A DNA stretch of 64,000 nucleotides from Eledone cirrhosa (taxonomy: Eukaryota), in contig OZ024740.1 of assembly GCA_964016885.1 (NCBI GenBank), forward strand, positions 196,230,001-196,294,000, given 5' to 3'. The position numbers and the translations under genes are program-made. Below, piece after piece: positions 37,340-51,897 of this stretch. Within the stretch, counting starts at the first letter, position 1. Each line of letters starts with the position of its first letter. The notes beneath the pieces are model-generated. The model did no database searches. It saw nothing but the letters and a program-made list of their open reading frames with translations, and was not told the origin of the DNA.

Positions 37340-39435
37340 AGGGGATTTGGGTATATTGTCTATGCTTCAGCTTCGGCTTGTTCCCGTGGGAAGTCGGGTC
37401 TTCTGTATTACTGCATGACACCAGAGGTCACGGTCCTGTGTCATCATCGTTGAGAGGTGCAATTAAGCAAGGTCAGCTTTTATCACCTCATCCCAGGTCT
37501 TCTTGGATCTCCCCACTTCATGGCTTCCATCAACTTTTATGCTCTGCACCTTTTTATGCAGCTGTCATCCTTCATATGCATCACATGTCCATACCAACAC
37601 ATCCTCCTCTTCTGCACACAGCATTTGATTCCTCTTATGCTCAGTCTCTCTCTCTCTTCGCTTATGCTCAGTCTCTCTCTCTCTTCGCTTATGCTTTGCC
37701 ATTCGCGTATATTACTATTACACATCCATCGGAGCATGCAAGCTTCATTTCTTCATACAGTCTGCCTTTCATTTTGAGGGAAAAGCCTTTTGCAGCTAGC
37801 AGTGGTAGTAGCTCCCTGAACTTCTTCCATCCCGTTCTTACCCTGCTTACTGTACTTTCAGAAGACCCACCTCCACTGCTAATTTGGTCACCTAGGTAGC
37901 TGAAGCTGTCTACTGTTTCAACAGAGCCCTCCCAGAGTTTGGTAGTGCTTGTTTCCTGTGACTGTTTGCTGATTACTGTCCCGGTGCAGCTGCTACATGT
38001 AAAGCCTACATTCCTAACTAAGCTTCCTGAGATCCCACTACATCTCTTGTGTACCCATAGTTTACATTTGGGGCAGATGATTGAATTCCTACCTGCACCT
38101 TTTCTACAGACTGAGCAAGATCATTTCCCTGAGGGGATCTGGGTTCTGTTTTCTTGTCTACTTACGAGGACCTTAGTCTTTGTCAGGTTGACTTTGAGAC
38201 CTCTTCTTTCTAGTCCCTGCTTCCATGTTTGAAATTTCTTCTTTAGTTCCACAATAGATTCAGCTATAAGTGTAAGCTTATCTGCATACAGAAGTTTCCA
38301 TGGGCATCTGGTCTTAAACTCTTCTGTTATAGCCTGCAATACTATAATAAACAGGAAGGGCTAAGAACAGAGCTCTGGTGGACACCGACCTGTATGCTAA
38401 ATTCCTCGCTATAGTCATTGTTAACCCTAACTTTGCTGACTGCTCCCCTATACATGGCTTGTACAACTTTCACAAGCCATTCATCTACTCCTAGTTTTCT
38501 AAGAGCCCACCAGATTACAGCACATGGAACTCTGTCGAAGGCTTTTTCCAGATCGCCAAATGCCAGGTAGAGTGGCTTACTTTTAGCTACGTACTTTCCC
38601 TGTAACTGCCTCACAAGGAAGAGAGCATCAGTAGTGCTTTTTCCTGGCACAAACCCATATTGCATCTCATCTAGTTTTACCCAGTCTCTTATCAACTGTG
38701 CTATAACTCTTTCCGTTACTTTCATGACCTGGTCCATCAGCTTTATACCTCTATAGTTTCCTCTGTCTAATGCATCTCCTTTACCTTTGTAGCAGTTGAC
38801 AAGGATGCTACTGCACCAATCCTCTTGTATTACCTGGTTAACAATACGTGTGGTTATGGTGTGACCTACCGACCTAGATGCTTTCAGCATCTCAACAGCT
38901 ATACCCGATGGACCGGTTGCCTTCCCAGTCTCCATATCTTTAATTGCCCTACTTACTATGCTGCTGTTGACTTGTATTGCTGGTCCCTCTATATGATCCA
39001 TTTGGAGTAGAGTCTCTTTCTCCCATGCATTCTCCTCATTCAGTAATCTTTCATAATGGCTCTTCCACGCAGCTTTCTTCTCGGCACTTGTGAGGGCAAG
39101 CTCACCTTTATCATTCCTGATACACTTCTCTCCAGTGATATCACAATTCTCTCTGACACACTGCCTCGCAATCCTCAACACCTACTGTTTCTGGTCCTCA
39201 CGCTGTAAAACATGCTTGAATTTTCTATCCTCCGCTTCCCTTCTAGCTAAGTATACTTGTCGCCTAGCTTCCCTCCTGGTTTCTATGTAATGTACTCTGC
39301 TTCCCCCATTCTTCCATTCTTTCCATTCCTGTCTCTTGGCCTTAACTGCCTCATCTACCTTATTGTTCCACCACCAAGTCACTCACCTCCTCCCTGTGGT
39401 CTTGCTCCAACCACAAATCTTGTCCGTCACCTTTA
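37340..39435 (-). mobile_element. RTE LINE fragment, decayed
   Basis: YKGKGDALDRGNYRGIKL, GFVPGKSTTDA, DLEKAFDRV, GVHQ, LLYAD; same family as 43808-47093. Confidence 0.92.
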
Positions 39436-41370
39436 GTAAAAGCCAAATTGATAACTTACTTGTAAGACCAGATAAATGGACTGTAATAAATACTGAGGCC
39501 TTCCCTGGGGAAGAAGGCATTGCCCGGTACAAGTTAGTTATTAGTGATGCCACAATAAACACAAGACAGAACAAGACATGTAGGAAAATATGGAGACGGT
39601 GGGGTCTGGAAGATAAAGGACTTTTTGGTTAAATATAGGTTTAGAAAGGCCCTACGGGATGCAGCAGACAACAGGCGTGACAAACTAGATACATATATCA
39701 TAGAGTATAACTGGAAATTCTTATGTGACAACCTTTTGCAAGCTACCGACGAGACGAGCAGCTAGAGTAAAGTGCCAGCCAGACAGGGTGACCTGGTGGT
39801 GGAACAACACAGTGGATAGAGCCATTAAAACCAAGAGACAGGCATAGAATGACTGGGGAAAATGGGTGTAACAGAGGCTGGTACAAGGTAGCTAAGAAAG
39901 AAGCTAAATGACAGGTATACACACCTCTGAGAGAGGCTGAAGAAAGAAAATTTGTTAACGTCTTGAGACAAAGAAGGACCAGGTATTGAAGATGACAGTT
40001 TTAGGGTCAAAGACGCCATCAAGAAGATGAAAAACGGTAAAGCTGCTTGACCTTCAGAGATAGTTGCTGAGATGCTAAAAGCATTGAGAGAAGTAGGAGT
40101 CAAACTAGTAATCTGCATAATCAATCAGGTAATACAGGACAGTCATACCCATGACTGGTGCAGCAGTACAATGATAATTGCTATGAGGGCAAAGAGATGC
40201 TCTAGAAAGGAGTAACTACAGAGAAATAAAACTAATGGACCAAGTTATGAAAGTGACAGAAAGAGTTATAGTGCAGTTAATTAGGAAAAGAGTCAAATTA
40301 GATGAGATGCAGTTCGGTTTCATGCCTGGGAAAAGTACTACAAAATGTACTACTCACTCTTTCCAGCACAGCAACTAAAAGAAAATTTCTTAGCCAAAAA
40401 TTAGCCACTATATTCCATGGGAACTTCTCTATGCAGAAACCATAAAAGGACAAGAAGATGAGTTTCGATTATGAAAACAGAATTTGGAATCAAAAGGCCT
40501 GAGAGTAAACTTAGCCAAAACTAAAGTGCTAGTGAGTAGGAAAGAAGATAAGACCCTGCTCAATATGTAGAAAAGAAGTAGGAATAAACTCCATATGATA
40601 TACACAATATAAATCTTGAGTACACCAAAGATGTAGTGGGAAACAGGGAGACTAACAGAAAGGGAAGATTTTGTATGTAGAAGATTCACATGAGTTATGT
40701 GATATAAGAAGAGTGCCAATGATATAAACCTTTTTCAGTCACAGGAAGGATCCATAGAAGTGGTTGATATCTTCTGCTACCTAGGTGACTTAATTAGCAG
40801 TGTAGGAGGGGTCACTGAGAGTATAATAGCTAGAATAATGATAGGAAGGAAGAAGTTTAAAGAGCCACTGTTGACAACAAAAAGTTTCTCCCTATCTACA
40901 AATGGACAACTGTATGGCGCCTGTGTGTGAAGTGCAATACTGCATGGTAGTGAAACATGGGCTGTGACTGCAGAGGATATGCTTAGACTGGAGAGAAATG
41001 AAACAACCATGCTTCATTGGATGTGCAATGTAAATGTGAGAGAAAGGCAGAGCTTGGATGAACTGAGGGAGATGCTGGGTTTAAGAGGAATCCAAGGTGA
41101 TTTTCAGGAGAGAAGACTGTGTTGGTATGGACATGTGATGTGCATGGACAATGACCGCTGGGTGAAGAAAAGCACCTGGAAATACCAGTGGAAGGAAGGT
41201 GCAGTAGAGGTGGATCAAGAAAGACCTGTGCAGAGGTTGTGAGAGCTGACCTCAAATCATTGAGACACACAGAGGAAGTGATGAAGGAATGTCACGAGTG
41301 GAGGGATGCTGTGCTGAGAAGAACATGTCCAACCCACGCAAGTGTGGAAAGACGTAAAAACAATGATGAC
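39436..41370 (+). mobile_element. Older, more diverged RTE LINE
   Basis: SQIDNLLV, WWWN, NYR..KLMDQVMKV, LHGSETW and RLCWYGHV remnants with many stops; RTE-type 3' end (ccaacccacgcaagtgtggaaagacgtaaaa). Confidence 0.85.
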
Positions 41371-41779
41371 AGTTTGACACCATGTTCCTACTTCTTATAA
41401 TTATATATATATACCTTTCAATAAATATCCCTTTTCTTCTTTTTTTTTCTTTATCACTTAGGCAAGTAGGTTTTTGAAATTGGTGGAGGGGGAGGGGAGA
41501 TATCCTGAAATAGTAGAGCTAGCCAAATTGTTAAGTGGACATGGCTAAAGGCACCCAAGATGTAGTGTTAAACTGGACAATGTAGGCCATAGTAGGATTA
41601 TTATAACTCAGAACATAAAAAGATGGAACAAATAAGGTATATTATCTAATACTTTAACAATTTTGGACTTACAAAATTGAGTTAATATGTTAGTCAATGT
41701 TTATAGCATGAACACTCTCGAAGTACAATATCATTTTTCAACAAGACTAAAATTGAGGACGTTTTTATGCTTTACTCAC

Positions 41780-41895
41780 TGTTATATTTTTAAAGCGTTT
41801 AGATGTTGTAAGGAAGCCTTTTTTGTCATTTTCAATAATAACAATGGTTTGGTATTTTGATGGAATTGAAGCATTTGTGGATATAAGTTCTGCTC
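41780..41895 (-). CDS. STPG1: STPG1-like exon 2 (GAELISTNASIPSKYQTIVIIENDKKGFLTTSKRFKNIT)
   Basis: SIP.K....EKKGF....KRF pattern as recalled for STPG1; cattgtag acceptor, ACA|GTGAGT donor. Confidence 0.85.
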
Positions 41896-43807
41896 CTACA
41901 ATGATATGTAGAGAAATAATCAGGCTTCTTTCATTTTGAGACGTTTCTAAATTATATACTGATGTTATATTTTTTAAAACTAACAGAGATATTGGCAAGC
42001 AGGACAGTCACTTGAGGCACCATGTGCTAGAGGGTATCATGTCATGTTTGAGACCTTCCAAATACAAAGGGTAAAATGTGAAAATTATAAATGAAATAAA
42101 ATAAAAGCAAAATGTGAAAATTCCTTGGCATTTGTTACATCTACAAGAGATCAACATCTTTCAGACTTTCTCTCATCCTTTACTCAGTGCTTCTAATGCA
42201 AATGTGCCAAAATCATTGCCACTATTGTAAATACTCTCTCTCCTAGTTATATAAATGAAAACATTTAAAATTGTGTTTCAACTGCTCTCCTTAGCCTGCA
42301 TACTGTAATAAACACTTTATTCTTATGATTGCAGATTTTTCTCCTTGTGGAAATTTTAATAATTATACTTACAAAAGATCTGCCAACCTCTAAAAATCCA
42401 AATGGGGAGTACCATGAGAAAAAGTGTTCCAAAATGGGGAGAAAACAGGCAAAATAGGGAGATTTTACATAATGAAATCTATACCCATTTTCACAACAGA
42501 AGACATCCCTCACCCATCCCAAAGTGTCAGACAGGGAGAATTGACAGGTCTGTTACAAACATAATCAGGTTGCCTGGGGTAGCAGCAGCCCTTGGGCCAG
42601 TCTTGAAATCTAAATTTCATACTGTTATCTTGTAATGCTGAATTCAAATCCTTCCAGGAATGTATTGATCAAATAGGTTTACTCTAGATACACTACTCAA
42701 AAATAAAGTGATGTCCCAACCAGAGACCTGAAAGGTTGAGTATCACTACCCAGCTACACCAATCCTTCAATCTCTTTTTTACCAAAACCATCTTAACCCT
42801 TTAGCATTTAGATTACTCTATATTTACTATTACATTTTCACAGTAAAGACTTTATCTCACAAGATTATCTCATATAATATCGAATCTATGATATTTTGAT
42901 ATTATTTATTTTGAGAACAATACCTCAACATCAGTATGAGCGGCCAGTTATGGCCAGTTTGAACAGAAAGAGGTTAAAGAATTCTGGCCAGATATGACCA
43001 GTTTAGATGCTAAAGGATGAAACTGTCAGTTAATATATATTTTTTTCTTTTTTGATAACATTATGAGATGGATGTGAGCTAAGAGAAATGCTGGATATCA
43101 AATGTGACAAATGAAGTTATATAAGATCAAAAGGGGTAGCAATATGATACATCTAACCCAGATCTTGATATGATACAGCTAATCCACAGCTTTCCAAAAT
43201 GTTCAAATATATGAATTTTTATGGCACATTGAGCTATTTTTTAGTGATAGAAAATTAATTAAATCAATAAATAATCAATTAAATATCACACCAAGTGTCA
43301 CCAGTTATGTTTCAAATTGTATGCAAAGATGTAAAATCTTAAGTATACTTCACAACCAAATATTTTTAAAAATTGACCAGTATTGGTAACACACTTAAGT
43401 ATTATGACACAGTTTGGAAACCTCTCATCTAAGATAGTCTCACTAATTTGGAAAACAAACTTGGAAAAACAGATATTAAGACATATTAAAACAGAATAAT
43501 AATTGTTTCTACTTTAGGCACAAGGCCAGCAATTACCCAGTGCATTACTGGTACTTTATTTTATCGACCCCGTAGAATAATAATGACAAAAGAAAAGGAG
43601 CTTGTTATTTCATTAAACCTTTAGCATTTAAACCAGATATATCCAGCCAAAATTCTCTCGCCTCTTTCTGTTCAAATCAGTCATAACCGGCTGCTCATAC
43701 CGACATAAAGGTATTGTTCTCAAAATAAATAACATAAAAATCTCAAATTCAATATTATGTGAGATAATTATGTATGATAAAACCTTTACCACAAAAATAC
43801 AATAGTA

Positions 43808-46800
43808 TATGAAAGGAAGAGCAGGAGAAATCGTAGAGATGCTAGAGCGAAAGGAAATTGATGTATGCTGTGTGCAAGAGACTAGATGGAGAGGAGAGTC
43901 TGCTAGAGTCCTTGTAGGAAAAAGTCAGTGCTACAAATTTTTCTGGGTGGGAAATGACGATGGGATGGGTGGTGTAGGTGTCCTACTAGCTGACAAGTGG
44001 GTAGATAAGGTAATCTCAGTGAACAGGGTGAATGCAAGAATCATTAAACTGAGACTAGTCCTGAATAAAACAATTACCACAATAATATCAGCTTACGCAC
44101 CCCAATCGGGGTTGCCAGACGAACTTAATGATAGGTTTTATGAATCCCTAATGCACACTACTGCTCTAACAAACGACAATGACTGCCTAATCATTGCAGG
44201 AGATTTTAACGGCCACGTAGGTAAATAGCGTGACGACTTCTATAGAGTCTATGGAGGCCATGGGGTTGGCACAAGAAATGAAGAAGGATTCAGGCTTCTA
44301 GAATTCTGCGATGCCAATGACATGTCGATATGTAACACAAATTTCAAAAACCCGACAACCACCTGATCACCTATAGATCAGGGGAGCATCTAGCCAGATA
44401 GATTTTATCCTCATCAGAGGACGTGACAGATGGACGGTCGTAAACACAAAAGCCTTCCCTAGTGAGGAATGTACCTCCCAACATAGCTTAGTTGTCAGCG
44501 ACCTCACGGTCAGAACTAGATGAACCTGGAAACAGAAACCAATCTGGAGAAGAAAGATCTGGAAGCTGAAAGACCCCTCAGCCAGTAACAGATTTAAAGA
44601 TATTTTACTCAATGCCTACGACAGTAAAGAAGAACAGATAGAGACATTCAATGTAGAAGAGCACTGGGAGTTCCTAAAAAATAACTTACTAAAGGCAACG
44701 GATGATATATGTGGCTGGAGTAAGACCAAGGCATGAGGAAAGTGACTTGGTGGTGGAAAAATAAGGTAGATGAGGCAGTTAAGGCCAAGAGACAGGCATG
44801 GAAAGAATGGAAGAAGCAGGGTACATTACATAGAGACTAGGAGGGAAGCTAGGCGACAAGTATACTTAGCTAGGAGGGAAGCAGAGTATAGAAAATTCAA
44901 ACATGTTTTGCAACGTTAGGACCAGAAACAAGAGGTGTTCAAGATTGCGAAGCAGTGTGTCAGAGAGAATTGTGATGTCATTGGAGAGAAGTGTATCCGG
45001 AATGATAAAGGTGAGCTTGCCCTCACAAGTGCTGAGAAGAAAGATGCGTGGAAGAGCCATTATGATAGATTACTAAATGAGGAGAATGCATAGGAAGAAG
45101 AGACCCTACACCAAGTAGACCCTATAGAGGGGCCAGCAGTACAAGTCAGCAGCAGCATAGCAAGTAAGGTAATCAAAGATATGAATACGGGGAAGGCAAC
45201 CGGTACATCGAGTATAGTTGCCGAGATGCTGAAGGCATCTGGGTCGGTAGGTCACACCATAACCACACGTATTGTTAACCAGGTAATACTAGAAGGTGTC
45301 ATTCCAAAGGATTGGTGCAGTAGCATCCTTGTCAACTGCTACAAAGGTAAAGGAGATGCACTAGATAGAGGAAACTATAGAGGTATAAAGCTGATGGACC
45401 AGGTCATGAAAGTAACAGAAAGAGTTATAGCACAGTTGATTAGGGATTGGGTGAAACTAGATGTGATGCAATTTGGGTTTGTGCCAGGAAGAGGCACCAC
45501 TGATGCCCTCTTCCTTGTGAGGCAGTTACAGGAAAAGTACCTAGCTAAAATTACCTGGCATTCATCGATCTCGAGAAAGCCTTTGACAGAGTTCCCCGTG
45601 CTGTAATCTGGTGGGCTCTTAGAAAACTAGGAGTAGATGAATGGCTTGTGAAAGCTGTACAAGCCATGTATAGGGGAGCAGTCAGCAAAGTTAGGATTAG
45701 CAATGACTATAGCGAGGAATTTAGCGTACAGGTCGGTGTCCACCAAGGCTCTGTTCTTAGCCCTCTCTTGTTCATCATAGTTCTGCAGGCAATAACAGAG
45801 GAGTTTAAGACCAGATACCCATGGGAACTCCTGTATGCAGATGACCTCACACTTATAGTTGAATCTATGGTAGAACTAGAGAAGAAATTCCAAACTTGGA
45901 AGCAAGGACTAGAAAGAAAGGGTCTCAAAGTCAACCTGACAAAGACTAAGGTCCTTGTAAGTAGACGAGAAAACAGAACCCAGATCCCCTCAGGGAGATG
46001 ACCTTGCTCAGTATGTAGGAAAGGTGTAGACAGGAATTCCATTCTCTGCCCCAAATGCAAACAATGGGTACACAAGAGATGTAGCGGGATCTCAGGAAGC
46101 TTAACTAAGAACGTCGGCTTCACATGTAGCAGCTGTGCTGGGACAACAAGCAGCAAACAGCCACAGGAAACAAGTACCACCAAACTCTGGGAGGGCTCTG
46201 TAGAAACAGTAGACAGCTTCTGTAACCTAGGTGACCGAATTAGCAGCGGAGGAGGGTGTTCAGAAAGTACAATAACTAGGGTAAGAATGGGATGGAAGAA
46301 GTTCAGGGAACTACTGCCACTGCTAGCTGCAAAAGGCTTCTCCCTCAAAATGAAAGGCAGACTGTATGATGCGTGTATACGAACAGCAATGTTACATGGT
46401 AGTGAGACCTGGGCGCTGTTTGTGGAAGACTTGCGTAGATTAGAAAGAAATGAAGCCTGCATGCTCCGATGGATGTGTAATAGTAATATACACGAACGGC
46501 AAAGCATAAATGAATTGAGAGAGAGACTGAGCATAAGAGGAATCAAATGTTGTGTGCAGGAGAGGCGGTTGCGTTGGTATGGACATGTGATGCGTATGAA
46601 GGATGACAGCTGCATAAAAAGGTGCAGAGCAGTAGAAGTCGATGGAAACCACAGAGTGGAGAAACCCAAGAGACCTGGGATGAGGTGATAAAAGCCGACC
46701 TTACCCAATTACCCCTCAAAGACGATGACACATGACCGTGACCTCTGGCGTCACGCAATAATACAGAAGCCCTGACTCCCCACAGGTACAAGCCGAAGTT

Positions 46801-47093
46801 GAAGTATATAGACAATATGCCCCCACACCGGCCCACTGCAAAAAAACCACCCAGCCCACACTGTAAAGTGGATGTGTAGGCGCCACAGAAAAAAGCGCCC
46901 AGCACTCACTGTAAATGAGGTTGGTGTTAGGAAAGGCATCCAGCTGTAGAAATCAAGCCAGAATCAGTTCCCGTATGAGCAAGACAAGGTCAGCCGACTG
47001 GACACTGCCCACAACAGGACAACCCATCTTACCCATGCTAGCGTGGAAGAACGGACATAAAACGGTGATGATGATGATGATGATGATGATGAT
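43808..47093 (+). mobile_element. Near-full-length RTE LINE (APE endonuclease, RT, PHD-like finger), inactivated
   Basis: CVQETRW, ISAYAPQ, GDFNGHVG, SQIDF (APE); RT motifs GVHQGSVLSP and LLYADDL; several in-frame stops; (GAT)9 tail at 47067-47093. Confidence 0.95.
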
Positions 47094-48195
47094 GAGAGTA
47101 ATATAAATGCTAAAGGGTTAAACCTTTCATGACCATAGTTCTCATGAAACTCACTGCATATATATTTTAAGAAATTTTGAAAATAGTCAAGAATTCTTTT
47201 CATTATTAAACTGGAGCTTGGAGTATAGTTTCACAAAGGTTCCTACATAAAATTATGATGGAAAAGCTTTAATTTCAAAACAAATACTTTAAAATCACAG
47301 AACCAGAGGTGGTTTCAGACTGGTTGGTATCAAAAGGTTAAGGTGACCTAAGAGATGATGATTTCTATCCTATCACATATGCTTCATATATTATTCTGAG
47401 CAAATGCACAAAGCTCCCAACAGTCAAGTCCACTTACCTGTAAAATAGTGAGATAGAATTCATTTCTGTAAGCAAATGAGACACTGTGAAACTAATGAGT
47501 GCTTGTTAGTTAACAATGGTTCAAACTCTTTGTAATAGAAACTTGTTTTTCTAACAAGGAATGACGATGGCTTTAAACCATGTAAATTACCCAAATAACA
47601 GAAATAAACTTTCATCATAGCTTAGTCAGATAAAAGGACAGTCCCTATGTCCCTTTCCAGTGACTTAAAGACTGATGGGAGGGAGGAAGATATCTTCAAA
47701 CAGGATACCTGGTCCAAATGCTTGAAACAGAGTAGAATCTCCTAAAGTCACATAAGGACCTGTGGTGCTATTAAACTGGGCAATAATCAGATCAGAGGCG
47801 AGCAATGCTCAGAAGAACCTGTGGTTTAAAGATCTTACTGAAATCTTAATGCCATCTAGAAATAAAATGTTGACACTTCTACTCCATTAATATCATCATC
47901 ATCATTTAATGTTCATTTTCCCTGTTAGCAAGGGTTAGATGTATCGTGACAGACTGCTCAGTACTCAATTGAAACACAGTCATCTAGGTGGGCTAGGGGA
48001 CCCAACATGAAATTCTACGCTCTATAAAGTGCATTTTATCATTCTACCATCACAAGGGAAGATGTCATGTCTTTGATACAGTTGAAGAATCTTCCTGATC
48101 CTTTGTTTGGATGCCTTTCCTACCCCACAAACATTTTACAGAGTGTACTGGGTGCATTTATTGTGTAGATCACCATCACCATTAATACTCTAGAT

Positions 48196-48881
48196 CAAAG
48201 GTTCTCAACGGGGGGAATATGCACCCCCGGGGGGCGTTTCGGAACTCCAGGGGGGGGGGGGGGGGAGCAAGGTCAAGTTAGGAGCTGGGGGAGGGGGGTT
48301 GAGGGGGCGCTGGAAGGCTCTTTATTTTGGTAAGTTTTATAAGCCATATTTGTATGTCTTTGAGACAGCCAGTGTGAATGCATTTGAATGAGCTTGCAGA
48401 CAGCATAACTATAGTCTGACCGCAGCTGTGAGCAGGTGAGTCCGGTAATTGAGATCCTAAAAATGGAAAAACCCACAGTCAACTGGGTCAAAGACACTTT
48501 GAGCGCAGTCAATTAGAATCTTAACTTTCCTTCACCGATAACAATGTATTTCATGTCTGAAATTATTGACTCAACTGTAACGAGTTAACACTATGTAGAT
48601 CTATTTTATTCCCTATTGTATAAATAATATTACAAATAAAAAAAGAAAAGAAAAAACAGAAGCGAGTAGCACACACATGTAGGACCACATGCAACACATA
48701 ATCAGATAATACACACATCTAGAACCACATACAACACAATCAGATAATACACACATCTTTGGAATATTGTTAATTAATTTTTTAGTAATCTACTGATATA
48801 AAAATCAGTAGTATATTGAAAAATGGAAAAATAGGGGGGCGTTTCGTGATTTCGAGGGACAAAATGGGTTGAGAACCTGTG
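48196..48881. mobile_element. hAT (Charlie-like) MITE with an adjacent partial second copy (48890-49030)
   Basis: CAAAGGTTCTCAAC...GTTGAGAACCTGTG termini; 8-bp TSD CTCTAGAT. Confidence 0.8.
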
Positions 48882-51836
48882 CTCTAGATCAAAGGTTCTC
48901 AACGTGACGTTTTGGAGCAAGGGGGCGTTTGAAGCTTTGGGGGCGCTGGAAGCCCCTTTAGTTTGGTAAGTTTTATAAGTCATATTTGTATGTCTCTTAG
49001 ACAGCCAGTGTGAATGCATTTCGAGTCTAGATATATTCCACCCTAGCTATATGTCAAGACAGGAATGAGGCAAAATCATTCAAGCAAAAGGTGATATATC
49101 TAATTTACAAATGATCTCATTAGTTCATAAGCAGATTCATGAAGTGAGGGCACCTCTATGTGGCAACTTGGCCAGAGTTGGACATACCCATAAGCTAAAT
49201 AAGCTATAGCTTAGGGCCACACACTCTTGGAGGCATCATTTAAAAAATATATTCGTATTTTATCATGTTTTTATTCTTTGACACTAAATCATCAATTTTT
49301 TTTTTTTTTTAGAGAAGGGGCTCAAATTCCATATAGCTTAGGGCCTCAGCAGGTGAAAGTCCGACCCTGAACACGACCTGCTAGAAATAGCAGCAGTATT
49401 TATTCTGGTTCATCGTGTTCTGAGTTCAAATTCCACCAAGGTCAATTTTGCTTTTCATCCTTCTGGGATCGATAAATAAAGTACCAGTGTAGGACAGTAG
49501 ACTAGCAGAATCATTAATCAGGCAAGCTACCTTGTTCCCGCTCTTTATGTACTGAGTTCAAATCCCGCAGTGGTATACTTAATCTGTTCCTCGTTTTAAC
49601 AACACCACCTGATCCTTGGGTGCTTTTAGCATAGTTCATGCAGTTGCAGGGACCAGGTGTCTGGTTTGAAGGTACCTTCCTCTCTTTCTACCGCGAGTCT
49701 CAGAGGCCCTGTTCTGAAAGTATTGTGACCAGAGTAAAAGTTGAGTGGAAAAGGTTTAGGGAGCTATTGCCAGTTGTAAAAAAGAAAACGATTACGCTTA
49801 AATTGTACACCAGTGGGTACCACCTCCTTGAAGTAAGGCCCCTTGACAATGTGCACAGCAATCCTAGTAGTGAATTTCCCATCCTTCAAAAGTATCACGG
49901 ATATCCTCTTCCTGAAAGCAATTGAGGTAATAGTCCTTACTCCAGCTAGTAAAAAGACCAGGTTTCGTGTGAAATGTAGGTTTCATTTCAAACTGTTCAT
50001 TAAGTATTTTATTAATTAGTGTGTGTATATATTATGTTCGTGTTGCAGTCCCCCACCCTATCTCAACAGTTTTCTACTAGTACTACCGAAAAGTTATATA
50101 CGATTTTAGGTACACACACGCAAGCACATTTAATATAGAAAGAGAAAGAAAATTGAAATTATTTCGAAAAAGTTTTAATTTAATTTTTTTTCATAAAAAC
50201 GCCAATGAAATATTATTTAGCTTTAAAGGTTACAAAATGTATTTATTCTACTGACTGAAAACTGAAAAAGAAACTCTGCTGCTCTGTTTTCAAGTTGAAG
50301 GAATCAATTAATTAAATAACCGAGCGCATTAAATTATTGTTATTCTGATACAGACTCTGTTTTTCTAATATATATTTATTCACACGCCTCATAATTCAGA
50401 AATATTAAAAATAATAATAAAAGAAATTAAGCAAAATTAGAATTAAGATTGTAACAGTGAACACTCGGTTATTTTTCAAGTGGAATTATTTTGTTAACTG
50501 CCGCGCTTTTAATCAAACAACAAAGTGTTTTATGTAATCTACTATACACCCCGACCCCAATAATTATGTCGTGCGTCCATATTAGAAGTAAATATCTGAA
50601 TAGATAGTTTGTTTTTAGGAAATTATATCGAACCCATGATATATCGTTGATGTTTAGCCTTAGATCTAGTTTGAGAACTACGACCAAAGACATTCCAATA
50701 ATAAAATACATTTTGTTTACAGGCGTAGTGAATGCATTCCTGATTACATTCAAATTTATTTTTAAAGACTACATTTGGTAGCTATTTCCAGTAGAGTGCC
50801 TTCGTAGTGGCTCCTCACTTAGTTCAATATTAATAGTTTGTTCAATCCCTGGTCAGTCTTGATTGAGCAGAATTATTACTAAAGGCGTTCCACATACGAG
50901 TCAAGCAAATCCGAATAGCTAGTCTTCGGAGAAGCGAAAGTACTATTCATAATTTTCTACATTGATAAATGATTCTCACACACATACAAAGAGAATACAG
51001 AAATGACTATTTCTATTAATTTAATACTGATTTTATTTTTCTTAAACCTTTTTTCACTTTCGACCATCTCAACCTTTAAGTGGGAATATCTTCACCCATG
51101 CAGATCACCACCGCCCAGCTGTCTACACATACATAGAAGGCGATTGTCAAGCCGATACAGCTGGACACCAGATTATTTAAATAACAGAGGGCATTAAACT
51201 ACTGATATTTTGCGGGTAAAATACTGTTTATGTATTAATTATTTGAACCTATAACTAACTTCCTCGTGTTTGGAACAACAAAAGTTCATACATAAAATTA
51301 CGATGGAAGGTTTTATTGATTAATACAGATCTGGATACTGTGTTCTTGTCGAGTTCAATAAAGCAATACTAGCAGTATACTATGAGTTGATTAGATCAAT
51401 AATAGTATTACCTTGGCCCCTGTAATAATATATCGGTTAACTGATTTCAAATCATTTTATAAAAGGCGTTGTCTTTGTGAAGATAAGCCACAACTTTAGT
51501 TTTATAAATCTAACGCTAAGAAATTAAGTTACACACGCAGTTATATTTGTATAAATATATATATATATATACATAGACAAAAGACGTATACTTAATATAC
51601 ACTTATGGTGCTAAAAATATATATATTTATGATATAAGAAGTACATTTTTCTTCGAGATTTTAGTTCATTAATCGAACTCAACTTAAGGAATAATAAAAA
51701 CGCGAGAAAAAAACCGACTTCAATATATATATTTTTAAATGACAGCAACATTTAATAACGCCAGTTCATATTTTCAAACATATGTATACATCGTTTATGT
51801 GTATATGTTGTTTGGGTGTATAACTAATCTAATTAC

Positions 51837-51897
51837 CTTTTACGTTGTCAAAATCATTATTGTTACTTTTCATAACTTTGTCCATTAATTTTTGCAT
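51837..51897 (-). CDS. STPG1: STPG1-like (O6-methylguanine-induced apoptosis 2 / SHIPPO-repeat) putative first coding exon (MQKLMDKVMKSNNNDFDNVKG)
   Basis: ATG-initiated open stretch ending AAAG|GTAATT in phase 1, the phase required by the 41895 exon. Ends in ..KG like vertebrate STPG1. Sits just downstream of an X-box. Confidence 0.6.

Noticed and set aside
37340-41370. Twin-priming 5' inversion of one LINE
   Set aside because: The two oppositely oriented parts cover the same RT region and differ in divergence, so they are two independent insertions.
45707-46708. 333-aa antisense ORF
   Set aside because: Shadow frame of the RTE coding strand with no independent features; similar shadow ORFs overlie the Helitron.
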